Origin: an uncultured virus (IMG/VR IMGVR_UViG_3300020305_000266)
Lineage: Duplodnaviria; Heunggongvirae; Uroviricota; Caudoviricetes
Virus record (IMG/VR): IMGVR_UViG_3300020305_000266
DNA: 20,000 bases
Direction: 5' to 3' (one strand)
The notes under the pieces are model-generated. The model ran no database searches and had not been told where the DNA came from. It saw nothing but the letters and a program-made list of their open reading frames with translations. Shown piece after piece: positions 1 through 8,111 of this stretch (positions within the stretch are counted from its first letter, which is position 1; each line of letters begins with the position of its first letter). Both the position numbers and the translations under genes were made by a program.

Positions 1-384
1 CACGGTGATATAAATGGCGACATGTTCTGGGAAAAAAGGCTTGGAATCTTGGATGATGTAAAAGCAGGCAGGAAAAAGATTGCTTATGGCATAGGCATAG
101 GATATCCACAAGCAGACAAAGAAAGATGGCAAACAGATGAGACAGAATTAGCAATAGGTGCTGGCAACGGAGATACATTAACAACTTTAAATGAAAAAGA
201 TCCTAATTGGGTAGATAAACATATTGATACAGGAAAAACCGTCAGGAAAATTAAGATAGTAAACATAAAAGAAAACTCAGAAGCAGTTGACCCTTATGGC
301 AATTTACATCCACTACCTCTTACAAGTGATATTAAAATTAACACACAAAAAATACGCAAAATTAATGTGACGGAGATTAAATGA
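1..384 (+). CDS. C-terminal part of a possible nitroreductase-family (FMN-binding) protein; 5' truncated by the window edge
   Basis: Frame is open from position 1 (HGDINGDMFWEK...). IAYGIGIGYP resembles the hydrophobic-strand-GYP motif at the end of nitroreductase domains. The stop overlaps the next start (ATGA at 381-384). Confidence 0.4.
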   Translation, partial: HGDINGDMFWEKRLGILDDVKAGRKKIAYGIGIGYPQADKERWQTDETELAIGAGNGDTLTTLNEKDPNWVDKHIDTGKTVRKIKIVNIKENSEAVDPYGNLHPLPLTSDIKINTQKIRKINVTEIK

Positions 385-1265
385 TAAACATAGTTGTTAC
401 AAGCAAACCTTGTGATGGTTTGTTTTACTATAGTTACGAATACAAATCAGCTTTAAAAAGTATAGGTATGCCTGTACAAGTTATAGTAATTACACATAGA
501 AAATTTAAGGAACAAGATTATTTAGACAGCATAAATGAAAAATATATTCATTGTGAAGATTTATTTTTCAACGATTTTAATCCTGAAGAAAATGACACAA
601 CTTTAATCATGGGTAGAAGCATGATGACATTAGGTTATCAGGATTTCAAAGAATATACGGAATCTCAACAGGAAACTTTGAAAAAAGTTTTTAGTAAAAA
701 TCTAATAGCTGTATATTCCGAAAATCATCCTACTAGATATCATCAAGCTATCGGATTTTTTAATCCTGCGAAAATAATAGATTTATGCGACACTGATGTG
801 TATCCAGAAGGGCCTACAGAATTACATTTTGAGAAACATATTAATTTTACAATTCACAAAGATATAATAGATGATATTAAGTTTGATCATTTGTTTTTAG
901 GAACTAACGACAAATACTATGCTACTATAAATTCAATAATTAAAGACTATCCTGATCATGGAATTATTACATACGATGAAGATTATATAAATGAAAACAA
1001 TAATAATGTTTTTGCTCCAGTCAAAAATATTATGGGAATGTTTAAAACTTATGTATATACTAAGGATACTTTTGATCCAGCACCAAGAATATTTCAAGAA
1101 TGTAGATATTTTGGTAAGGAAGTAATTTATCAAAGAGATAAAAGTATAAAAGATGGAGGTAGTGTGTATTGGGATAGAGGCTTGAAAGATCCTGATATAT
1201 CTAATATAGCAACAGCAATACAGCAATTTGCGGGTCAACGAAATGTGCCTGTAAAGAAGGGATAG
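381..1265 (+). CDS. Hypothetical protein, possibly a divergent GT-B-fold glycosyltransferase
   Basis: 294-aa ORF with GGAG SD at 372-375 and an ATGA overlap. C-terminal YVYTKDTFDPAPRIFQECRYFGKEVIY resembles the GT4-type (E/D)-x7-E...G.PVI nucleotide-sugar-binding motif. Sits next to DegT. Confidence 0.45.
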   Translation: MINIVVTSKPCDGLFYYSYEYKSALKSIGMPVQVIVITHRKFKEQDYLDSINEKYIHCEDLFFNDFNPEENDTTLIMGRSMMTLGYQDFKEYTESQQETLKKVFSKNLIAVYSENHPTRYHQAIGFFNPAKIIDLCDTDVYPEGPTELHFEKHINFTIHKDIIDDIKFDHLFLGTNDKYYATINSIIKDYPDHGIITYDEDYINENNNNVFAPVKNIMGMFKTYVYTKDTFDPAPRIFQECRYFGKEVIYQRDKSIKDGGSVYWDRGLKDPDISNIATAIQQFAGQRNVPVKKG

Positions 1266-1267
1266 TA

Positions 1268-2341
1268 ATGATATCATACGACGGATGGGATAGAGAGTAC
1301 CAAAAAAATAGATCAGCGTACCTAGACATATTTGAAAGTTTTATGTCGCAACTTAATTATGAAAACGCAGAAGATTTCGAAAAACAAATAGCAGAATACG
1401 TAGGTAGGAAACATGTCGTATCCGTAGCTTGTGCTACTGATGCCTTAGGCTTTTCTTTAATGAGTCACGGTATAGGTCCAGGTGACGAAGTTTTGGTAAC
1501 AGACTTCAGCTGGATTTCGACATCTTCATGTATAAGTATGACCGGTGCCACTCCTGTTTTCTGTGATATAGATTTAGATTCGTATCATATGAGTTTTGAA
1601 AGTATAAAACGCATGGTAAGTCCTAAGACAAAAGCAATAGTATATACACATCTATTTGGAAACATGGTTGATGTCACTGAAATAATAGAATTTTGTACGG
1701 AGAAAAAAATATTCTTTATTGAAGATGCCGCACAATCGTTAGGTTCTAGTTACAATAAAGTAAAAGCAGGTAGCATAGGACATTGTAGTTCCTTTAGTTT
1801 TAACACAAATAAAGTGATCGCAGGCATAAACGGTGGTGGTGTGTTTATGACTGATAATGAAGATATAGCTAATATTGTTAGAAAACTAAGAAGACACGGA
1901 AAAGACAAGGATTTTGAAATGATTGGTTACAATTCTAGATTGTATGTTTTCAATTCTATGATTATAAAACAAAGAATGAAAAATATTGTTGAAACGCAAA
2001 AAACGAGACAAGAAATAGCCCAAAGATATAATGATGCTTTTAAAGACTTACCTGTAATTACACAAAAGCCTAGTGGCATATTAGATCATAATTTTCACAA
2101 ATATACTGTAAGATTTGAAAATAAAGAAATTAGAAAAAAAGTTAAAAAGGAACTGAGTTTATCCATACACTACGAACGTCCTTTATCAGAAAACTCTATG
2201 TATGAACATTTAAAATATAGAAAAGACGATTGTAAAAATGCTAAATTAGTAGCAGATACTATTGTATCACTTCCAATACATGCTTGGTTAAAAGAAGAAG
2301 AAATAAATCAAATTATAGATAAAGTAAAATCAAGTTTCTAG
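1268..2341 (+). CDS. DegT/DnrJ/EryC1/StrS-family PLP-dependent sugar aminotransferase
   Basis: Motifs GIGPGDEV, GATPVFCDID, IEDAAQSLG (PLP-binding Asp/Gln), SFSFNTNK (Schiff-base Lys), GYNSRL and SLPIH. Confidence 0.95.
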   Translation: MISYDGWDREYQKNRSAYLDIFESFMSQLNYENAEDFEKQIAEYVGRKHVVSVACATDALGFSLMSHGIGPGDEVLVTDFSWISTSSCISMTGATPVFCDIDLDSYHMSFESIKRMVSPKTKAIVYTHLFGNMVDVTEIIEFCTEKKIFFIEDAAQSLGSSYNKVKAGSIGHCSSFSFNTNKVIAGINGGGVFMTDNEDIANIVRKLRRHGKDKDFEMIGYNSRLYVFNSMIIKQRMKNIVETQKTRQEIAQRYNDAFKDLPVITQKPSGILDHNFHKYTVRFENKEIRKKVKKELSLSIHYERPLSENSMYEHLKYRKDDCKNAKLVADTIVSLPIHAWLKEEEINQIIDKVKSSF

Positions 2342-3028
2342 TTTAATAAATGATAAGATATCTCTTGCGGCTACCATGTGAGATCCACGTCCTGGATGTA
2401 GGTTGTCTAACGCTATGTCAATAAAAAAAGATTTGTTTTTCAGCCTCATTAAATTTACATTATTCCAAGAATAATCTAAATCTTTGTAATTGTTTTCGCA
2501 CGTCACATGATAATTTTTTATTCCGATTCTATCTAAATGATATTTTGCCATATTCATTCTTACAATAGAATCATAAGCAGTATCTACATCTGTATGAAAT
2601 TTTTCATAGTATAATAATGTATCTTCTAGGTTGGTTCCATTTGGCGCTCTTCTGCTTGTTCCTATTTTTTCAACGTCCATTGGCATAAATCTTTGAATTG
2701 CTCCGCCTCTCCAATCCTGTCTTTCTTTTTCTAAAAATACACAGTACCGATCAAAGTAACTCCACATTACTACAACTATATCACCTTTTACATATTTTGT
2801 ATGTAGAATGATGTCTAATATATGTTTATTAGATGCTCCTGGCACAGCAAAATTTACACATTTTCGTCCTAAATCATCTGACACTAGTCTAGGCCAAGCG
2901 TATTTACTAGGTTTTTGTCCGTGTGATCCTTTTTGCTTCATGGTAGGTTGTCCATTTTTGTCTACCCAACAATCAGTAAGTCCTTCACCATACGTGTTAC
3001 TACAACCAAATGCTACTAATCTGTTCAT
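2330..3028 (-). CDS. SGNH/GDSL-like hydrolase or acyltransferase
   Basis: Block I AFGCSNTYGEG (catalytic Ser), block II NFAVPGASN, block V DNLHPG (DxxH). Inverted relative to its neighbours and overlaps the DegT 3' end by 12 nt. Confidence 0.75.
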   Translation of the reverse strand: MNRLVAFGCSNTYGEGLTDCWVDKNGQPTMKQKGSHGQKPSKYAWPRLVSDDLGRKCVNFAVPGASNKHILDIILHTKYVKGDIVVVMWSYFDRYCVFLEKERQDWRGGAIQRFMPMDVEKIGTSRRAPNGTNLEDTLLYYEKFHTDVDTAYDSIVRMNMAKYHLDRIGIKNYHVTCENNYKDLDYSWNNVNLMRLKNKSFFIDIALDNLHPGRGSHMVAARDILSFIKLET

Positions 3029-3033
3029 GCTTA

Positions 3034-3041
3034 TATTTACC
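3034..3041 (-). promoter_or_regulatory. TAAATA late-promoter-like motif 5 nt upstream of the SGNH start codon
   Basis: Minus strand reads GGTAAATAtaagcATG. Confidence 0.35.
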
Positions 3042-3057
3042 TGCCAGGCTTTAATGT

Positions 3058-3086
3058 ATTTTATTTTGCGAATAATAAATATTCAA
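3058..3086 (-). promoter_or_regulatory. Putative sigma70-type promoter facing the SGNH gene
   Basis: Minus strand reads TTGAAT-N17-TAAAAT (-35 at 3086-3081, -10 at 3063-3058) in the 70-nt divergent intergenic region. AT-richness weakens significance. Confidence 0.4.
3074..3081 (+). promoter_or_regulatory. T4-late-like promoter (AATAAATA) for the radical SAM-carbamoyltransferase-methyltransferase block
   Basis: 7/8 match to TATAAATA, 17 nt upstream of ATG 3099. A similar motif and spacing occur before other genes in the window. Confidence 0.5.
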
Positions 3087-3098
3087 GTAAGAGTGTAA

Positions 3099-3944
3099 AT
3101 GAGAAAACCTATATCATTAAAAGAACTTAAAGGTTCACAATACAGAACAGTGGATTTTTATCTTTCAAAATCCTGTAATAAATCGTGCCACTACTGTACT
3201 GCTTGGACTCTTGAAATGAGATACCTACACACAAATATGGATTTGGTGCGTACTATCCTAAAAGGATTATCTCCTTACAAAACAAGAATATGTTTACTTG
3301 GAGGAGAACCAGGGCTTATAAAAAATCTTGACGAAATAATAGCAGAGATAAAGAAACATGACAATTTGATACCACAGGTATTATCAAATAGTCTAGTTAG
3401 AAAATTTTATCCACACATACTTGAAGACCCTGAAATCATTTATATAGAACATTTAGTATTAGACTTTTATGAAGATAAAATAGAAAAACTAGGCAACTGG
3501 CCGTTTTTGCCAAGAAATGATAAAAACAATTATAATTTAATAATAGAAACTCCTGGTTATTTCAAATACAGAGATAGATTTGATCTTACAGAAATAGATC
3601 ACGAAAATACAGAATTTAAAGAATATAATTCTAGATCACCTGACTTCCATAGTGATCACGATATAATACAAGCACCAGAGATAGAACGGAGAATATGTGC
3701 TAAATTTCCGCAGGTTCCTGTTTTTGATTTTGAAATACAAAAGATCAGGCACTGCAGTAGGAAAGCAATTGACGGTTCTAGAGAATTTGATATAACTGTA
3801 GAAAATATACAAAAAATGATGGAATATAAATTATTTGACTTTGAAAAATATTGTACTACTTGTATGGATATTATTCCTCCTAGACCAGAGGCTAGGAGAT
3901 TAGAAATACTAGAAAAATTAGCATTGGAAAAAACACCAGCATGA
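3099..3944 (+). CDS. Radical SAM protein with C-terminal twitch/SPASM-like cysteines
   Basis: CNKSCHYC (CxxxCxxC) and LLGGEPGL; C-terminal ICAK...RHC...YCTTC fits an auxiliary Fe-S cluster. Confidence 0.88.
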   Translation: MRKPISLKELKGSQYRTVDFYLSKSCNKSCHYCTAWTLEMRYLHTNMDLVRTILKGLSPYKTRICLLGGEPGLIKNLDEIIAEIKKHDNLIPQVLSNSLVRKFYPHILEDPEIIYIEHLVLDFYEDKIEKLGNWPFLPRNDKNNYNLIIETPGYFKYRDRFDLTEIDHENTEFKEYNSRSPDFHSDHDIIQAPEIERRICAKFPQVPVFDFEIQKIRHCSRKAIDGSREFDITVENIQKMMEYKLFDFEKYCTTCMDIIPPRPEARRLEILEKLALEKTPA

Positions 3945-5455
3945 ACATATATTCAGTAGCTTTAAATATTCATGACCATAATACATACGACGGAACATTT
4001 CACAACCAAGTTGAGAGACATAACAGGATTAAACATAATCTAAATTATGAATGGTCACATGACCCTAGTCCTAGTAAAAAATTTTTTAATGAACATGTAT
4101 TAGACAAATTTAAAAGTAGAGACGAAAATAATATATTTGCATTCACAGTATCTAACTTAGGCCAAGAATTTGTAACAGATTTAATTGATGAAAACTTTCC
4201 AAATAAAGACTTTTTAAAATTTAAACCCAAAAGTTTATGGGAACCATTTCATAACGAGTTTGTTTACTACATTGACCATCATCAATCACATGCTACCTAT
4301 GCCTTTCTTACTTCGGGATATCCAGAATCTGATATACTTGCTATAGATGGAAGAGGTTGGCAATTTAATTGTATTTTTATAGGAAAAGATGGTATTATAA
4401 AAGACCTATCAAAAAAGATTCCTATTGGAGGACTATGGAATAGATTAGCTCAAGACATAGGGTTTAAGTATCTTGACGCAGGCAAAGTAATGGGATTAGC
4501 AGGATACGGAAAGTATAATTATCAGACAGATGCTATGATTGAAACTTATTTAATGAATCCTAATCATACACTACCTAGTTTTGCTACTGAAGTAATTAAA
4601 AATAATAAAAGAGAAGATATAGCTTATACATTACAGTTTAAAACTATAGAACTTATAAAAAAGTACGTGTATCCACTTAAGACTTGTGATAATATTTGTG
4701 TAGCGGGCGGAGTAGCATACAATGGTTACATGAACGAAGAACTGACAAAGCACTATAAAAATGTACACATTCCTCCAGCTATAGGAGATGAAGGTCAGGC
4801 CTTAGGCACTTATATGCATGCCGACTATTATCTAAATGATAATATACATAAGCCTAGTGTGTTTTCTGGCAAGGAACATGTTATAGATACAAATCTGTTT
4901 ACAGGAATGAGCTTTGAAAAATGGCCATTTGAAAAATTAGTAAGTATGGTAGCAGAAGAAATTGCTAACGGTAAAATAGTAGGATGGTATCAAGGAAAAT
5001 CTGAAAGTGGAAATAGAGCTTTAGGTAATAGAAGCATACTAGCCGATCCACGCAATCCTAATATAAAAGATATCATAAACAGTAAAATTAAGAAACGCGA
5101 AGACTTTAGACCATTTGCTCCTAGTGTTTTAGAAGAACATTATCAAGAATATTTTGACACCAGTCAACCTAGTCCATACATGTCTAGAATTATGCCAGTC
5201 AAAGTAGATACAGTACCTGGAATTACACATGTAGATGGTACTGCTAGAATACAAACAGTGAATAGATCATTCAATAAACGATATTATGACTTAATTACTG
5301 CTTTTTATAAACATACAGGAATACCTATGCTTTTGAACACCAGTTTTAATTGCCAGGAACCTATAGTAGAAACACCAGCAGATGCTTTACGTACTTTTAA
5401 AAATTGTGGTTTAGACTTATTAGTATTAGGAGATTATTTAATATGGAAGTTATAA
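3941..5455 (+). CDS. O-carbamoyltransferase, NodU/CmcH/TobZ family
   Basis: Motifs IDHHQSHA, IDGRG, GKVMGLAGYG, AGGVAYN, GDEGQALG, RALGNRSILADPR, KKREDFRPFAPS, HVDGTARIQTV and LLNTSFN...EPIVET. Confidence 0.96.
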   Translation: MNIYSVALNIHDHNTYDGTFHNQVERHNRIKHNLNYEWSHDPSPSKKFFNEHVLDKFKSRDENNIFAFTVSNLGQEFVTDLIDENFPNKDFLKFKPKSLWEPFHNEFVYYIDHHQSHATYAFLTSGYPESDILAIDGRGWQFNCIFIGKDGIIKDLSKKIPIGGLWNRLAQDIGFKYLDAGKVMGLAGYGKYNYQTDAMIETYLMNPNHTLPSFATEVIKNNKREDIAYTLQFKTIELIKKYVYPLKTCDNICVAGGVAYNGYMNEELTKHYKNVHIPPAIGDEGQALGTYMHADYYLNDNIHKPSVFSGKEHVIDTNLFTGMSFEKWPFEKLVSMVAEEIANGKIVGWYQGKSESGNRALGNRSILADPRNPNIKDIINSKIKKREDFRPFAPSVLEEHYQEYFDTSQPSPYMSRIMPVKVDTVPGITHVDGTARIQTVNRSFNKRYYDLITAFYKHTGIPMLLNTSFNCQEPIVETPADALRTFKNCGLDLLVLGDYLIWKL

Positions 5456-6087
5456 ATGAAAACTATTGGAAAGTATGGTGGGAAGCTATACAACACAGTC
5501 ATGAGATAAAAGATATACTTTACAGCGTTGGTCCTGATCAAATGGATTCAAAAGTTCATCTTGTTGATAGTATTCCGTTAGATGAAATGAAAAAGTTTAA
5601 CGATTTAAAAATACACTTATATGGTGGTTGGTATGGATATCCTCTAATTAATCTTTTACTTAATAAATTTTTAAATATAGAACATATAACAAATATAGAC
5701 TTAGACGAAAAAGCATTAGATCTATCAAGAAAATACACCCACGCTATGAGCTTAGAGAACAAAGTCTTTTTTAAACACAGAGATGTTAAAGATAAAATAG
5801 AAACATCTTACTATAAAGACAAAGATGTAAGATTAGTTATTAATACATCAAGCGAACACATGGCAGATCTGCCTGATTTAATAGCAAATAAAGATTACAC
5901 TCCTAATTGTGTATTTGCTTTACAAAGTAATAATATGTTTCATGTAAAAGATCAACATATAAACTGTTCAAATAATTTAGATGAATTCGTAAGTAAAACT
6001 GGGCTTACTAAGATATGGTTTGCTGACACTTACAAAATGTCAAACGGATATGAAAGATATACTGTTATTGGCAATCATCGAACTTAG
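5443..6087 (+). CDS. Class I SAM-dependent methyltransferase-like protein (phage-type)
   Basis: Start reassigned from TTG 5404 to ATG 5443 (AGGAG at 5428-5432). IHLYGGWYG resembles motif I and ITNIDLD motif II, followed by LVINTSSEHM, LQSNN and HINC. Confidence 0.7.
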   Translation: MEVINENYWKVWWEAIQHSHEIKDILYSVGPDQMDSKVHLVDSIPLDEMKKFNDLKIHLYGGWYGYPLINLLLNKFLNIEHITNIDLDEKALDLSRKYTHAMSLENKVFFKHRDVKDKIETSYYKDKDVRLVINTSSEHMADLPDLIANKDYTPNCVFALQSNNMFHVKDQHINCSNNLDEFVSKTGLTKIWFADTYKMSNGYERYTVIGNHRT

Positions 6088-6754
6088 ATTTTAACCAATC
6101 AAAATCATTTATTAACCGAAGATCAGACCCCCTAGAAAAGCCAAACTCCATACCAGCATTAGCACCTCGAATCGCATCTTCACGAAATCTTCCATTACCT
6201 GTTGTGGTCCATACTTTAAGTCTTTCATTAGTTTCTCCTTCTTGTTGTCTATCTATCACTTTACTACTTAATTTAGCACATTCTCTAAAAGCACTTTTCC
6301 ATGTATTAAATGAATCAGTATCGAAAGCTGTTATGTTACTTACTTGATCAAATACAATGAAGTTGTCTGAAATGCTTGTTGTCATATCATAACTGTTTAC
6401 ATCCATATTCTTTGTTAAGTTTGTTGGAAGTAACTTGACTCCACCGTAACCATAAGTAAGATTGTTTACAGGATTCATACTTTTGTATACATGAACAATA
6501 TTTTCAATTTTTGAAGTTACAAAATAATTAAACATAAAGTCTTCTGTAATTACTGCGTCACCATCTACTACAAAAAAATATCTTGTATTAGCTTTTTTAG
6601 CCGCTTCTATATGAGCTTTGTGTATTCCTTTAACCCCGTCTATCCTTTTAACTCTATCTCCAAAAACTCCTGACGTATTAAATCTATTATACAAATCATT
6701 ATAATTTTTATCTGCGTGAGGCTCGTTATAACTTATAAAAACTATATCATGCAT
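6065..6754 (-). CDS. GT-A-fold glycosyltransferase-like protein (paralog of 8108-9007)
   Basis: N-terminal DIVFISYNEP, GVKGIHKAH, DxD motif in FFVVDGD, YGYGGVKL and WKSAFRECAKL. Confidence 0.7.
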   Translation of the reverse strand: MHDIVFISYNEPHADKNYNDLYNRFNTSGVFGDRVKRIDGVKGIHKAHIEAAKKANTRYFFVVDGDAVITEDFMFNYFVTSKIENIVHVYKSMNPVNNLTYGYGGVKLLPTNLTKNMDVNSYDMTTSISDNFIVFDQVSNITAFDTDSFNTWKSAFRECAKLSSKVIDRQQEGETNERLKVWTTTGNGRFREDAIRGANAGMEFGFSRGSDLRLINDFDWLKSKFDDCQ

Positions 6755-8111
6755 TTTTTATTTCCTTGTAAAATTCTTTGTATTCTGGAAATGTTTTTAC
6801 AAAATTTAGATCTCTTCTTTTGTCATATTCATTAACAAATTTGTAAAACAACTTTTGTGATTGTCTTTGCTCTTCTTTAAATTCTTTGTTTTTAAATCTA
6901 TACAAAACGTCAGCTATAATTCTTTTTAGCTTGGCTGTTTCTATATCTCCAAAGCCACCAAGATTAGTATTTTCAATCATAAAATCTACTGCTGGAATTA
7001 AATGTGTTTTAACCAATTCTTCACTTGCTACTTTTACATCTAAAAATCCAGGATTACGCACATACGGAATATCAACCTTTATTCTATGATCTTCTCGGTG
7101 TTTCCTATAATATGTAGTTTTAAGATGTAATATCCAGATTAAAAAATTTTTAAATGTTGGTAAACTTAAAATATTAAAGGCACTCATAAAGCTGATTCTA
7201 CTGTTTGTATTCCTAGCAAAATATTCAATATTATCCTTAAACAAATACCAATCCATACCATAACGACTATATTCTGCTTGAGCTCCACTGCTTTCCGCAC
7301 TTGTAAATAACGTAAACTGTTTAATACTTTTTTTATTTTCTAATTCATTAATACTTTTAGTAAATTTTTTCCATAAATCTTTTGGAGGACATCCATTAGA
7401 ATTAATAGCAAAATCCAAATGCGGTTGTGGATTTTCAATCAAATAATTAATAACCTTTTGTGTATGCTTACTCAACAATGGTTCACCACCTGTGATCCTA
7501 AAAACTTTCATATGTTTTACTGCTTCAGGAAACCATTTCCAAAATGCTTCTATATAAGGATTGTGTTCTCTTTCGAGTATTTGTACTTCTTCAGGATCTA
7601 TAGCATTATATTTCCATATTCCTAAATCGTAATGTCCTTCTTGTTTTACTTCTTCTGCCCATTTACTGCTAAAGGCAGGCCCACAGTAAGAACATTTAAA
7701 ATTACATACATTGCTAAAACTTATTTCAACATATCTAGGATAAAAGTCTTCATGACCTGTTGAGTTAGAGATACTATCAAAATCATCCCAACTAAAGTGA
7801 TCAGCACTTTTGTATATTCTATCACTAAATTTATCGGTGTTATCTTCAATTCTCCAACAGTAATCACATTCCTCAGGACGTTCATTATTGAGCATTCTAC
7901 GTCTTGTATTTTTTTTAAACTCTGTATTATGTAAAACGTTTGGATTATTTTTTAAATCATCTAAAGGAATCTTGTGAGCTTTGACATGATGACAACTATG
8001 GTTTATTCCTGACCCTAAGTGTATGGTTACCTGTGTCCATTTTGCTAAACAAAATCCACAACCTACTTCATTAAGTTTATCTTTTACTTCAGCCGGATTA
8101 GCTCTTATCAT
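6747..8111 (-). CDS. Radical SAM protein with N-terminal twitch-like Fe-S domain
   Basis: N-terminal FCLAKW...SCHH...ECDYCW, then CNFKCSYC (CxxxCxxC), ITGGEPLL, NSNG and EYSRYG. Confidence 0.9.
   Translation of the reverse strand: MIRANPAEVKDKLNEVGCGFCLAKWTQVTIHLGSGINHSCHHVKAHKIPLDDLKNNPNVLHNTEFKKNTRRRMLNNERPEECDYCWRIEDNTDKFSDRIYKSADHFSWDDFDSISNSTGHEDFYPRYVEISFSNVCNFKCSYCGPAFSSKWAEEVKQEGHYDLGIWKYNAIDPEEVQILEREHNPYIEAFWKWFPEAVKHMKVFRITGGEPLLSKHTQKVINYLIENPQPHLDFAINSNGCPPKDLWKKFTKSINELENKKSIKQFTLFTSAESSGAQAEYSRYGMDWYLFKDNIEYFARNTNSRISFMSAFNILSLPTFKNFLIWILHLKTTYYRKHREDHRIKVDIPYVRNPGFLDVKVASEELVKTHLIPAVDFMIENTNLGGFGDIETAKLKRIIADVLYRFKNKEFKEEQRQSQKLFYKFVNEYDKRRDLNFVKTFPEYKEFYKEIKNA

Noticed and set aside
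5404..5442. TTG start of the methyltransferase-like ORF given in the track
   Set aside because: ATG 5443 has an AGGAG SD at suitable spacing and gives a much smaller overlap with the upstream gene.
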